From: an uncultured Omnitrophica bacterium
Lineage (GTDB): Bacteria > Omnitrophota > Gorgyraeia > JACQQV01
Length of the DNA: 64,000 bases
NCBI GenBank assembly: GCA_947085655.1
Contig: CAMTXH010000005.1
Coordinates: forward strand, 6,110-70,109
Direction of reading: 5' to 3'
Positions within the stretch are counted from its first letter, which is position 1; each line of letters starts with the position of its first letter. The notes under the pieces were generated by a model. It was not told the DNA's origin. It saw only the letters and a list, made by a program, of their open reading frames with translations, and searched no databases. Position numbers and translations under genes: made by a program. Below, one piece after another: positions 1-9,670 of the stretch.

Positions 1-1
1 A

Positions 2-280
2 GAATCTCTTGAGACAGGAGAGACGCAATCAGAAGCCGCAGAGGCAGAGCCCTCCGAAGCCGCGGAATATCTGGACTTAAGGGGAGTCCGCTGCCCGATC
101 AATTACGTGCAGACCAAGATTAAACTTTCAACCATGGCCTCCGGGAAACTGTTGCAGATCGTGATTGATGAGGGGGAGGCGTATGCCAATGTGCCGAACA
201 GCGTCCGGAGTGACGGCCACCAGATCCTGGAGGAGAAGAAACTGGGCAAAGCATACCAGCTGACGATCCGGAAGAAATAA
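2..280 (+). CDS. 3' end of a protein with a C-terminal TusA/SirA-like sulfur-carrier domain (partial)
   Basis: Frame from position 2 reads ...AEYLDLRGVRCPINYVQTKIKL...YQLTIRKK, stop TAA at 278-280. LDLRGxxCP is the TusA signature, preceded by an acidic linker. Not in the ORF track. Confidence 0.8.
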   Translation, partial: ESLETGETQSEAAEAEPSEAAEYLDLRGVRCPINYVQTKIKLSTMASGKLLQIVIDEGEAYANVPNSVRSDGHQILEEKKLGKAYQLTIRKK

Positions 281-292
281 CTTTGGGTGCCC

Positions 293-320
293 TGCGCCGT
301 ACAAACGGCGCCTTTTTTTG
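293..320 (+). terminator. Intrinsic terminator
   Basis: gcgccgt-acaa-acggcgc stem followed by a T run. Confidence 0.7.
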
Positions 321-398
321 CCCTATATATACAGATATACTTATATATCAATATATTAATAAAAAGTTGGTTTTACCCTTCCCCTCTTTTCCCCCGGC

Positions 399-427
399 TT
401 GAAATAACCGCCCGATTTTAGTAAAAT
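399..427 (+). promoter_or_regulatory. Sigma70-type promoter of the moxR/bat operon
   Basis: TTGAAA (399-404), 17 bp spacer, TAAAAT (422-427). Confidence 0.65.
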
Positions 428-477
428 AAAACGCTATGTTATAACCCTTTTTTAATAGACATGTTACGGAGGAGCCG

Positions 478-1470
478 ATGCGACAAGAAGAGATTCAAGC
501 GATCAACGAGAAAGTGAGAAAAGAAAGCAGCTTCGTCGGAAAACTGCGCCAGGAAATCGGCAAGGTGATCGTGGGCCAAGAATATATCGTGGAGCGGCTC
601 CTGGTGGGTCTTTTGGCGGACGGCCACATCCTTCTGGAGGGAGTCCCGGGACTTGCCAAGACGTTGAGCGTCTCGACCCTGGCCCAGGCGATCTCTGCCA
701 CGTTTCACCGGATTCAATTCACGCCGGATCTTTTGCCGGCGGATCTGATCGGAACACAGATTTATCATCCGAAAGAGGGAACCTTCACCGTGAAAAAAGG
801 GCCCCTCTTCGCCAATATTATTTTGGCGGATGAAATTAACCGCGCCCCTGCCAAGGTGCAAAGCGCTCTCTTGGAGGCGATGCAGGAGCGGCAGGTGACG
901 ATCGGGGAGGAGAGTTTCAAGTTGGAGGAGCCCTTTCTGGTTTTGGCGACGCAAAACCCCATTGAACAAGAGGGGGTTTATCAACTCCCCGAAGCCCAGG
1001 TGGACCGGTTTATGTTGAAACTCAAGATCACCTACCCGAGCCCTACAGAGGAGCAGGAAATCTTGAAACGGATGGCAAAGGTCGGGAAGAAAATCCAAGT
1101 TTCCCCGGTCGTCTCACCGCGGGAGATCCTCCAGGCGCGGGAGGTCGTGAATGACATTTACTTCGATGAAAAACTCGAAAAATACGTGGTGGATCTTGTG
1201 GTCGCCTCCCGGGATCCGGAGAAATTTAAACTGAACCTGCGCGATTACATCGAATACGGCGCTTCTCCGCGGGCGACCATCTATCTGACTTTGGCCTCCA
1301 AGGCGTACGCTTTTCTGCAGGGGAGGGGTTATGTGACGCCGCAGGATATCAAGCGGATCGGTCATGATGTTCTCCGGCACCGGATCATTGTGACCTATGA
1401 GGCCGAGGCAGATGAGGTGACATCCGAGAAAATCATCGACCAACTCTTCGACGCCGTCGAAGTCCCATAA
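478..1470 (+). CDS. moxR: MoxR-family AAA+ ATPase
   Basis: HILLEGVPGLAKT, RIQFTPDLLPAD, LADEINRAPAKVQSALLEAMQE, LATQNPIEQEG. Confidence 0.95.
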   Translation: MRQEEIQAINEKVRKESSFVGKLRQEIGKVIVGQEYIVERLLVGLLADGHILLEGVPGLAKTLSVSTLAQAISATFHRIQFTPDLLPADLIGTQIYHPKEGTFTVKKGPLFANIILADEINRAPAKVQSALLEAMQERQVTIGEESFKLEEPFLVLATQNPIEQEGVYQLPEAQVDRFMLKLKITYPSPTEEQEILKRMAKVGKKIQVSPVVSPREILQAREVVNDIYFDEKLEKYVVDLVVASRDPEKFKLNLRDYIEYGASPRATIYLTLASKAYAFLQGRGYVTPQDIKRIGHDVLRHRIIVTYEAEADEVTSEKIIDQLFDAVEVP

Positions 1471-1475
1471 GAAAA

Positions 1476-1593
1476 GTAGACGCTTTACAAAACCATATGT
1501 AGTAAATAGGGTTACAAATAAATAGTTATGTGAGAGGGGTTTAGTATTTATTCGTAATGCGTTGTGATTAAACAAGTCTCGTAAAGCGTCTAC
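1476..1593. mobile_element. 118-bp MITE-like element
   Basis: 13-bp perfect terminal inverted repeat gtagacgctttac / gtaaagcgtctac (16 of 18 when extended) around an AT-rich non-coding core. Confidence 0.65.
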
Positions 1594-1606
1594 AGTCCCA
1601 GTCCCT

Positions 1607-2482
1607 ATGATTACGAAAGAGTATCTGAAAAACGTCCGGCGGATTCAGATTCACACCACCCGGCTTGTAAACGACCTTTTTGCGGGGGAGTATCACAGCG
1701 TTTTTAAGGGGCGCGGGATCGAATTCGAGCAGGTCCGGGAATACCAGCCGGGGGACGAGGTCCGGTCGATCGACTGGAACGTCACGGCCCGGATCGGGCG
1801 GCCCTTTATCAAGGAATTCGTGGAAGAACGGGAACTGACGGTGATGCTTCTTGTGGATATGTCCTCCTCCGGCGAATTCGGCACGCACCAAAAACTCAAG
1901 CGGGAACTGGCGGCGGAACTCTGTGCGGTTTTGGCCTTTTCCGCGATCCGGAACAATGACAAGGTGGGGCTTGTCCTTTTTACGGACCGCGTGGAAAAAT
2001 TCATCCCGCCTAAAAAAGGGAAACGGCATGTCCTCCGGGTGATCCGGGAACTGTTGTCCTTCCGTCCGGAAAACCGGGGAACCGACATTGCCGAAGCCCT
2101 TTCCTTTTTGGGGACGGTGACCAAGCGGCGGACGGTCAGTTTTCTCATCTCGGATTTTCTGGGAAAAGGGTACGAGCGCTCTCTTCAGGTCGCAAACCGC
2201 CGGCATGATCTCATCGCCCTGTCATTAGAGGATGAGCGGGAGAGGGTATTCCCGCCGGTCGGATTCATCCTTTTGGAGGATGCGGAAACAGGGGAGGTTT
2301 TGACGGTGAATACGCGTCATCGGTCCATCCGGGAATCTTTCCCCCGCGAGGCGGGAAAAGCGATTGCAGCCCGGAACCGATTTTTCGCCTCCATCGACCT
2401 GGATTGCGTTCAGATTCGGACCGACCGGCCGTATCTCGAACCGCTGGTCCGCTTTTTCAAAATGCGGGAAAGAAGAAGGTGA
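1607..2482 (+). CDS. DUF58 domain protein (MoxR partner)
   Basis: GRGIEFEQVREYQPGDEVRSIDWNVTAR motif; follows moxR. Confidence 0.93.
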   Translation: MITKEYLKNVRRIQIHTTRLVNDLFAGEYHSVFKGRGIEFEQVREYQPGDEVRSIDWNVTARIGRPFIKEFVEERELTVMLLVDMSSSGEFGTHQKLKRELAAELCAVLAFSAIRNNDKVGLVLFTDRVEKFIPPKKGKRHVLRVIRELLSFRPENRGTDIAEALSFLGTVTKRRTVSFLISDFLGKGYERSLQVANRRHDLIALSLEDERERVFPPVGFILLEDAETGEVLTVNTRHRSIRESFPREAGKAIAARNRFFASIDLDCVQIRTDRPYLEPLVRFFKMRERRR

Positions 2483-3408
2483 AACAGCCAGGGTTCGGTT
2501 TGAGGGGGGCGGTTCTGGCACTCTTTTTTACCGGAGTGGCATTTCTTGCGGAAGCCGCGCCGGAGCCGCGCATCGCCGCTTCTCTGGACAACACCCGGAT
2601 CACCATCGGGGAACGGGTCACGCTGACCTTGCAGCTTGATCTTCCGGAAGGATTCAGCGTCGTGGGCTCGAATCTCCGGGAGGGTCTTGGCGAACTGGTC
2701 GTCAAAGACACGGCACAGTCACCCCCTGAAGCGCTTTCAAACGGCTTGACTCGGCATACGATCCAGGCCCGTCTCACCGCCTATGCGACCGGAACATTTG
2801 TTCTGCCGCCTGTTTCGGTCACGGTCCGGAATGCGGAAGGCCGCACCGAGACGTTAGAAACACTCGAGCATGTGATTGAGGTAAAAAGTGTTGCGCCGGA
2901 GGGCGACAAACTTGAGGATATCCGGGAGATCAAGGGAATTCTTTTTCTGGCAGGAAGCGGAGGGAGCGTCTTGTGGCTCATCGGAGGGGTGGCCTTCCTC
3001 GTGGGTTTGTTCTGGTGGCTTTTCCGACGAGGGAGAGCCGTTCGTGTTTCCGAGGCGCCGAAGGTTTCCCCCGACGTCACGGCTCTCGAGGCCCTTGACC
3101 GGCTTGATGCGTCGGGTCTTGTCCACCGGGATATGAAGGAATACCATTTTCGGGTGTCGGGAATTCTCCGGCACTATCTGGAAGAAAGGTTCGGGCTGAA
3201 AGCCCCGGAACAGACTACCGAGGAATTTCTCGCGTCGGTTTCGGATCATTCCCTTCTCCGCGGGGATCAAAGGGGTCTCTTAAGCCGTTTCCTTGAACAG
3301 TGCGACCTTGTGAAATTTGCAAAACTCACCCCCGAAAAAGAAGAGGCCCTTCGGATTTCTCAAAGCGCGCGTGAGTTCATCCGTCAAACCCGATCGAGCG
3401 GCGTCTGA
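2479..3408 (+). CDS. Bat-operon membrane protein (BatD-like N-terminal domain, one TM helix)
   Basis: GTG overlapping the DUF58 stop, signal peptide, Ig-like segment, TM helix, C-terminal EQTTEEF and DLVKFAK motifs typical of the gene before batA. Confidence 0.75.
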   Translation: MKQPGFGLRGAVLALFFTGVAFLAEAAPEPRIAASLDNTRITIGERVTLTLQLDLPEGFSVVGSNLREGLGELVVKDTAQSPPEALSNGLTRHTIQARLTAYATGTFVLPPVSVTVRNAEGRTETLETLEHVIEVKSVAPEGDKLEDIREIKGILFLAGSGGSVLWLIGGVAFLVGLFWWLFRRGRAVRVSEAPKVSPDVTALEALDRLDASGLVHRDMKEYHFRVSGILRHYLEERFGLKAPEQTTEEFLASVSDHSLLRGDQRGLLSRFLEQCDLVKFAKLTPEKEEALRISQSAREFIRQTRSSGV

Positions 3409-3411
3409 AAG

Positions 3412-4407
3412 ATGTTTCATCATTTTTGGAATATTGTCTGGATTCCAGTTTTGGTCCCCCCGCTTTTGTGGGCTGCTTTCAGAAAAAATCGGCAGGGGCA
3501 TGTCCGGTTTTCGAGTCTTACGCCTCTCAAACAATACCTACCAGGCCATTCTTCCTGGATGAGACACCTATTGCTCTTCTTTCGGATTTTGGCCCTCATC
3601 CTTCTAGTCCTGGCGCTCATGCGCCCCCGGCAGGGACTTGAGGAGACGCGGGTCGAGACGGAAGGGGTGGACATTATTCTGACTCTGGATGTCTCCGGCA
3701 GCATGCAGGCGGAAGATTTTTCCATCGGGGGCGAGCGTCGGAACCGGCTTTTCGTGGTGAAGGAGGTCGTCCGGGATTTCATCCAGAGAAGGCGGAATGA
3801 CCGGATCGGCATCGTGATCTTCGGGGGAAGGGCCTATACCCTTTGTCCGCTCACCCTGGATCAGGGGATCCTCCTTCAGTTTCTGGAGCGGGCGGAGGCC
3901 GGAATGGTGGAGGACGGTACAGCGATCGGAGACGGCGTCACCACTTCTTTAAACCGGCTCCGGAACGTCAAGGCCAAAAGCAAAATCATCATTCTTCTCA
4001 CCGACGGCGTTCATAATGCCGGAAAGGTGAAGCCGGAGACAGCCGCAGAACTTGCCCGGACCCTCGGCATCAAAATCTATACCATCGGCGTCGGGTCCCG
4101 CGGCCCGGTTCCCTTTCCCTCGATGGATCTCTTGGGCCATCGCGTTTACCGGATGGTGCAGATTGACCTGGATGAAGCGCTTCTTCAAAAGATGGCGGAG
4201 CGGACCGGCGGTCAATACTACCGCGCCACGGATACCGAACACCTGAAAGTGATTTACCGAACGATCGATGCGCTTGAGAAGACGACCATCCAATCGAGTG
4301 TTTATGTGCAGTACAGCGAACAGTTCACTCCTTTCGTTCTCGCGGCGATGGCGTTGATTCTTGTGGAAATCGTTCTGGGTCAGACACGGCTCCGGACCCT
4401 GCCATAG
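3412..4407 (+). CDS. batA: VWA domain protein BatA
   Basis: N-terminal TM helices, MIDAS DVSGSM, GTAIGDG, ILLTDG, C-terminal TM helix. Confidence 0.9.
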   Translation: MFHHFWNIVWIPVLVPPLLWAAFRKNRQGHVRFSSLTPLKQYLPGHSSWMRHLLLFFRILALILLVLALMRPRQGLEETRVETEGVDIILTLDVSGSMQAEDFSIGGERRNRLFVVKEVVRDFIQRRRNDRIGIVIFGGRAYTLCPLTLDQGILLQFLERAEAGMVEDGTAIGDGVTTSLNRLRNVKAKSKIIILLTDGVHNAGKVKPETAAELARTLGIKIYTIGVGSRGPVPFPSMDLLGHRVYRMVQIDLDEALLQKMAERTGGQYYRATDTEHLKVIYRTIDALEKTTIQSSVYVQYSEQFTPFVLAAMALILVEIVLGQTRLRTLP

Positions 4408-4413
4408 GAGGGA

Positions 4414-5418
4414 ATGATGCAATTTGGGAAACCGGACTATTTCTGGTGGCTTCTTTTCCTTCCGGCACTCCTCCTCTTTTACTGGGTAGCGTTCCGCAAT
4501 AGACGCAAGGCCCTCTTCCGGTTCACCGGCCCTGTCCTTGCGAGCCGCCTTTTGGTTGCGGCGAGCCCTTTCAAACGGGGGCTAAAAGCAACTTTGTTGA
4601 TGCTCGTTTTTCTTTTTTTGATTCTGGCGCTTGCCCAGCCGAAGTGGGGATTTGAAATCCGCGAGGTGAAACGGCAGGGAATCAATCTGATGGTTGCTGT
4701 CGATGTATCCAAAAGCATGCTTGCGGAGGATGTGAAGCCGAGCCGTCTTGCCCGGGCCAAACTCGAGGTAACGAGTCTTCTGGACCGTCTCACCGGCGAC
4801 CGGGCGGGACTTGTGGCCTTTGCCGGAAGTTCCTTCATCCAATGCCCTTTGACCCTGGACTATGCCACCGTGAAACTCTTTCTGGATGATTTGAGTATCC
4901 AATCCATTCCCCGCGGCGGCACCGATATCGGGGGAGCCATCCAAAAAAGCGTGGAGGCGTTTAAAGGGGTGGGAGAAGGGGAGCGGGTCGTGATTCTCCT
5001 GACAGACGGCGAGGACCATAAAGGAGGCCTTGAAGAGGCACTGGCGCTGGCGAAGAAGGAGAAAGTGAGGATTTATCCTGTGGGGGTCGGGCGGAATGAG
5101 GGGGCTCCCATTCCGGTGGAGGAGCCGGGCGGGCAAGAGCGCTATATCCGGAGTCCCGAAGGGGAGGTGGTCCTTTCCAAATTGAATGTTGCGCTTCTTG
5201 AAGAAGTTGCCGCCGCCACCGGCGGAAAGGCGAATCTTCTCGGCACCAGGGATTTTACCCTGGAAGAGCTTTACCTCCGGGAAATCGCCAAATTAGAGAA
5301 AGAAGAACTGGCAAGCCAGCAAAAAAAAGAGTACCATCACCGCTTTCAGTGGCCGCTTGCGGTTGCCATCGCTTTTTTTTGGATCGAGGGACTCTTAAGT
5401 GAACGGCGTGCGGTATAG
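4414..5418 (+). CDS. batB: VWA domain protein BatB
   Basis: ALAQPKWG, DVSKSMLAEDVKPSRLARAK, LLTDGEDH. Confidence 0.9.
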   Translation: MMQFGKPDYFWWLLFLPALLLFYWVAFRNRRKALFRFTGPVLASRLLVAASPFKRGLKATLLMLVFLFLILALAQPKWGFEIREVKRQGINLMVAVDVSKSMLAEDVKPSRLARAKLEVTSLLDRLTGDRAGLVAFAGSSFIQCPLTLDYATVKLFLDDLSIQSIPRGGTDIGGAIQKSVEAFKGVGEGERVVILLTDGEDHKGGLEEALALAKKEKVRIYPVGVGRNEGAPIPVEEPGGQERYIRSPEGEVVLSKLNVALLEEVAAATGGKANLLGTRDFTLEELYLREIAKLEKEELASQQKKEYHHRFQWPLAVAIAFFWIEGLLSERRAV

Positions 5419-6133
5419 TTGGATACCGGTCTTGGCGATGTTTGTTTTGCTTTCCGCCTTTCGTTGGCAGTCGGCGCCAAAAAGGGTGGAAGAAGGAAAC
5501 CGCCTTTTTGAAAAAGGGGAGTACGAAAAGGCCCTGAGCCGTTATTATGAAGCCGAGTCCAAACGTCCGGACGCACCCGAGATCCCTTTTAATATCGGAA
5601 ATAGTTTCTACAAGCAAAAGCGTTACCCCGAGGCGATGGATGCCCATCGGCGCTCCGCCGAACTCGGCTCCGATGCCCTGAAAGCAAAGGCATACTATAA
5701 TATTGGAAATTCCCTTTATCGGGAGGGCAATCTGGAGGCATCCCTTGAGGCGTTCAAAAAGGCGGTGGATCTTGATTCGGGGGACATCGATACAAAGTAT
5801 AATATTGAAGTGATCCTCCGTAAGCGCCAGGATGAAAACCGGCCGAAACCCCAGTCCTCTGCTTCTCAATCCAAACCCCAAGAGGAACCCGAGCAGAAGG
5901 ACCAGAAGGAGGATTCCTCTAAAGACGAAAAGGATCAAAAAGAGGAAGAAAAACAAAAGCCGGAACCGAAAGACGATAAAGAGGGATCCTCTGAATCGAA
6001 ACAGAATGATATTTCCCGGCAGGATGCGGAACGTCTCTTAGGAGGGTTACAAGCGGAGGAGCGGCCCCTTTCCGCATCTCAGGAAGGAAAACAAAAACCG
6101 CATCGTGAGCCGCCTGTTGAAAAGGATTGGTAG
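5408..6133 (+). CDS. batC: TPR protein BatC-like
   Basis: Signal peptide, TPRs (FNIGNSFYKQ, YYNIGNSLYRE), charged linker, C-terminal EKDW. Start could be 5399 or 5408. Confidence 0.85.
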   Translation: MRYSWIPVLAMFVLLSAFRWQSAPKRVEEGNRLFEKGEYEKALSRYYEAESKRPDAPEIPFNIGNSFYKQKRYPEAMDAHRRSAELGSDALKAKAYYNIGNSLYREGNLEASLEAFKKAVDLDSGDIDTKYNIEVILRKRQDENRPKPQSSASQSKPQEEPEQKDQKEDSSKDEKDQKEEEKQKPEPKDDKEGSSESKQNDISRQDAERLLGGLQAEERPLSASQEGKQKPHREPPVEKDW

Positions 6134-6134
6134 G

Positions 6135-8030
6135 ATGAAAGGAACAAGCGCCACTTTTTGTTTAATCATCGGGTTTGTGGCGGTGGCCACTTTTGCCTCA
6201 GCCGAGAGGGCCGAGGTCACGGTGGATATCGACAAGGACCAGATTGTTTTCGGGGATTCGGTCCGGCTTTCGGTGACCGTAAAAGGTATTGTGCCTGACA
6301 CTCCGCCGATACTTCCCGAATTTGACGATTTTGACACCCGTTACATCGGGACCCGGATGTCGTCGTATTCGAGCGTCACGGTGGTCATTCAAGGCAAGAC
6401 CGTCGAACAGAAAAGGACCGAAGCCGGATCAGTCTTTGAATATGCCCTCACCCCCAAGCGGGTCGGACGGCTGGACCTTCCGCGGTTTTCCTTTGAACTG
6501 GCAGGAGAGACCTACCATACCTATGAACCCTATACCATCTTTGTCACCGACATTCCGGAGGCCCAGGAGCACCTTTTATTAAAGGTTTCGGTGGACAAGG
6601 AGAATGTCTATCTTGGGGAATCGGTTCTCTTCACCTTCGAATGGTATTTTGACCGGAATATCGAGGATTATTCCCTGACCATTCCCTGGTACGGCCGACT
6701 GAAGGATTTTTTGATGGAAGATTCCCCGCCGAATCCAAACGCCAGGCAGGTTCAGTTGATTCTGAACGACAAGGAACGGGTGAGCGCCGAGAAGGAAACC
6801 GTCAATTTCCGGGGGAAGCGGTATACCGTGCTTCGGTTCAAAAAAATTCTCACCCCGATCGGTGCCGGGACGTATACCCTCGACCCTGCCTTTGTCCGGG
6901 CGGAGGTGGTGACCGCTTATGAAGAACCGGACCGGACCCGTTTCTTTTTTAAAGACTATTTCGACTTTGCCTTTGAAGACGTTTTCGGAAGGGGGCGCAG
7001 GGCCATTACCGAGTGGATGATGGCCCGTTCGGAGCCGCTTTCTGTTTCAGTCAAGCCGATTCCGGAGACGGGCCGTCCCGGTTCGTTCACGGGTGCCGTC
7101 GGAGAATTCGATTTTCAGGTGTCTGTCTCACCCGGAATCGTCCAGCAGGGGGAGCCGGTGACGGTGACGATGAAAGTCATCGGAACCGGAAACTTCAACG
7201 AGATTCAGCTTCCCGATTTTCCGGAGCCGCCCCATTTCAAGGGGTATGCCCCCGAGATCCGGACCGACACGAGTCTTTCGGGGAATCTGGTGATCGGGGA
7301 AAAGATCTTTGAAAAAATCCTTGTCGGGCGGCAGGAAGGGGCTTTTGAAATTCCCCCGATTGCCTTCAGTTTCTTTGATCCGCAGGAGGGAGAGTATAAG
7401 ACGATTACGCGGGGACCTTTCCCGATTCGGGTGGAGCCGGGAAAAGGATCCGCCCCGCCGGTCCTTTCTGTCTTGCCGCCGGAGGAACGGAAGGGAAAGG
7501 AAATCAAGGTGATGACGCGGGATATCCGGTATATCAAATCTTCCCTGGAACCGATCGTCCAGGAAAAAGCCCCCTTTTATGAGCGGCCTTTTTTCTGGTG
7601 GTTTGGATTTGTTCCTGCCCCGCTTTTGGTGGGAGTCACTTTTCTCATCCAGCGGCGCCGCTTGAAACTCCGAACCGATATCGGATATGCCAGACGGCTG
7701 AAGGCCTTCAAAAAGGCGGAGAAGGAACGGATGGCTACCGAGACGCACCTTCGGAAAGGGAATGCGCCCGATTTCTATGCGGGCCTCTCCAAGACATTGA
7801 CTTATTTTCTGGCGGATAAACTCAACCGGCCGCCGGCCGGCATCACCGCGGATATTGTGGAAGACCTCAAATCAAGATCTCTTGAGCCGACGGTCCTTCA
7901 GGAATTGAAAAGTTGTTTCGAAAGGCTGGATTTGGCCAAGTATTCGCGGGCCGAAAGCGGAACCGAAGAGATGCAGGATCTTTATGAAAAAGTGAAACAG
8001 CTGATTCAGCGCTTGGATAGGGTGCTTTGA
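6135..8030 (+). CDS. batD: BatD family protein
   Basis: Signal peptide, repeated beta-rich domains, FTGAVGEF and GTGN motifs, late TM helix. Confidence 0.85.
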   Translation: MKGTSATFCLIIGFVAVATFASAERAEVTVDIDKDQIVFGDSVRLSVTVKGIVPDTPPILPEFDDFDTRYIGTRMSSYSSVTVVIQGKTVEQKRTEAGSVFEYALTPKRVGRLDLPRFSFELAGETYHTYEPYTIFVTDIPEAQEHLLLKVSVDKENVYLGESVLFTFEWYFDRNIEDYSLTIPWYGRLKDFLMEDSPPNPNARQVQLILNDKERVSAEKETVNFRGKRYTVLRFKKILTPIGAGTYTLDPAFVRAEVVTAYEEPDRTRFFFKDYFDFAFEDVFGRGRRAITEWMMARSEPLSVSVKPIPETGRPGSFTGAVGEFDFQVSVSPGIVQQGEPVTVTMKVIGTGNFNEIQLPDFPEPPHFKGYAPEIRTDTSLSGNLVIGEKIFEKILVGRQEGAFEIPPIAFSFFDPQEGEYKTITRGPFPIRVEPGKGSAPPVLSVLPPEERKGKEIKVMTRDIRYIKSSLEPIVQEKAPFYERPFFWWFGFVPAPLLVGVTFLIQRRRLKLRTDIGYARRLKAFKKAEKERMATETHLRKGNAPDFYAGLSKTLTYFLADKLNRPPAGITADIVEDLKSRSLEPTVLQELKSCFERLDLAKYSRAESGTEEMQDLYEKVKQLIQRLDRVL

Positions 8031-8791
8031 TGAAGAAAATACTGATCGGGATCTTGGTCATTGCAGGATGCTGGACCGCATCCGTCTTTGGCGCCGAAGC
8101 CGATTTTGAAACGGCATTTTCGGAAGCGAACGGGCATTATGCAGAAGGGGACTATGAAAAGGCCGCCGCGTTATACGAGGAGCTTTTGGCCTCGGGGCTC
8201 TCAAGCGGGCCCCTTTACTACAACCTCGGCAATACCTATTTCAAACTGAACCGGATCGGGAAAAGCATTTTAAATTATGAAAGGGCAAGGCATCTTTTGC
8301 CCCAGGATGAAGATCTTCTGGCCAATCTTTCCTTTGTTAAAACATTTGTGGAGCAGGAGCAGCCGAAAGAAGAGCGGCGCTGGTATGAATGGCTCTGGGT
8401 GAGCATCCGGGACTACCTCTCCGCGGAGGGATGGGTTCTCTTTTTGCTGCTCACGTACCATCTCTTTTTCGGGTCCCTTTTTTTGGCGCTTTTTGCCGAA
8501 CGGCTCCGGAGGGGCTTTTTATCGTTTGGGTGGTTTTTGTTGGTATTGACCGGGGCGGCGGTTATGTTCGGGTCGGCAAAGATCACCCTGACGGCGAAAA
8601 CCTCGGAGGCGGTTGTGGTGTCGCGCGTTGCCGACGTCCGGTACAGCCCGATGCCGGAGGGGATCGTGGCATTTCAGCTGCGTGAGGGGATTCAGACGGA
8701 GATTCTCCGCCGCGACGGGGAATGGTGTTACCTCCGGCTTACCCGGGATAAGAGCGGGTGGGTGCGGTGCGAGGCGGTTGAGGAGATATAG
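8030..8791 (+). CDS. batE: BatE-like TPR + SH3b protein
   Basis: LYYNLGNTYFK...SILNYERA TPR, two TM helices, C-terminal SH3-like domain ending SGWV. Confidence 0.85.
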   Translation: MKKILIGILVIAGCWTASVFGAEADFETAFSEANGHYAEGDYEKAAALYEELLASGLSSGPLYYNLGNTYFKLNRIGKSILNYERARHLLPQDEDLLANLSFVKTFVEQEQPKEERRWYEWLWVSIRDYLSAEGWVLFLLLTYHLFFGSLFLALFAERLRRGFLSFGWFLLVLTGAAVMFGSAKITLTAKTSEAVVVSRVADVRYSPMPEGIVAFQLREGIQTEILRRDGEWCYLRLTRDKSGWVRCEAVEEI

Positions 8792-8821
8792 CCGGCGGAG
8801 GCAAACCCCCGCCGGCTTTTA
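8790..8821 (+). terminator. Hairpin / possible terminator after batE
   Basis: agccggcgg...ccgccggct followed by a short T run. Confidence 0.5.
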
Positions 8822-8836
8822 CGAAAGGACTTCCTC

Positions 8837-9331
8837 TTGGCACGGCACTATATATTGGATGGATACAATGTGATGATGCGGCTTCCGGAGTTGGTCCGGA
8901 AGAGCGGACCGGTCCGGTTGGAACCGGGTCGCGAGGGACTGCTTCAATTTCTCATGCAGTACCGGCCTCAAGGCAGCCCCCGGAACCGGGTCACCGTCGT
9001 CTTTGACGGATTTGCCCAAATTCAGGCGAACTGGGCGCGGCTCCGCCAAGAAGGGATCCGCCTCCTTTTTTCAGAAGGGGAGTCTGCCGACGATTTTATT
9101 GTGAAGAAAATCTCCTCCCTGAAGGATGCCCCGGAGACTTGGGTGGTGACGGATGACCGGGAGCTGACCCTTCGTCTCTATCGGACGGTTGAGGTCATGC
9201 CGGCGGCTTCCTTTATCTCGGGGATCCTTACGAAAAAAGAGGAGACATCCGAAGAGAAGAAATCGATTTCGCCAAAAGCGGAACGTGAGATTACGGATGA
9301 GTTAAAAAAAATTTGGTTAAAAAAAACTTGA
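8837..9331 (+). CDS. NYN-domain (YacP/Rae1-like) PIN-fold nuclease
   Basis: YILDGYN, VVFDG, SADDFI, VVTDDREL acidic motifs; TTG start after gaaagga. Confidence 0.85.
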   Translation: MARHYILDGYNVMMRLPELVRKSGPVRLEPGREGLLQFLMQYRPQGSPRNRVTVVFDGFAQIQANWARLRQEGIRLLFSEGESADDFIVKKISSLKDAPETWVVTDDRELTLRLYRTVEVMPAASFISGILTKKEETSEEKKSISPKAEREITDELKKIWLKKT

Positions 9332-9355
9332 CATGGAAGGTAGAGCCGCTACAAT
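9328..9355 (+). promoter_or_regulatory. Sigma70-type promoter upstream of the riboswitch
   Basis: TTGACA (9328-9333), 16 bp spacer, TACAAT (9350-9355). Confidence 0.7.
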
Positions 9356-9382
9356 AAAACACACAATCGAATAGCACGTTGT

Positions 9383-9587
9383 TGCAGAGGTGGCCTTGAG
9401 GCCTTAATCAGGGAAGCCGGTGGAAATCCGGCACGGTCCCGCCGCTGTAACCCCGCCTTTTCCATCATGGAAAAGGAACTCTTTCAGCAAGAAGATACCA
9501 CTGCCCAGCACTAATTTTTCAAGAAAATTAGTGCTGGGTGGGAAGGTGCGCTGGAAGAGCGGGGGAGTCAGAAGACCTGCCTTTGCA
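9383..9587 (+). ncRNA. Cobalamin riboswitch
   Basis: agggaagccggtggaaatccggcacggtcccgccgctgtaa, ccactg...gggaagg, B12 box gagtcagaagacctgcc; P1 tgcagagg/cctttgca; upstream of a TonB-dependent receptor. Confidence 0.95.
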
Positions 9588-9639
9588 CAAAAGACCACTG
9601 CCCCGTGGTGAGGGTAAGGGTGGATAAACCGGGAATTCT

Positions 9640-9670
9640 CCCTGCTTCAGATGAGGCAGGGTTTTTTATT
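9640..9670 (+). terminator. Riboswitch expression-platform terminator
   Basis: ccctgcttc-agat-gaggcaggg followed by ttttttatt. Confidence 0.8.
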
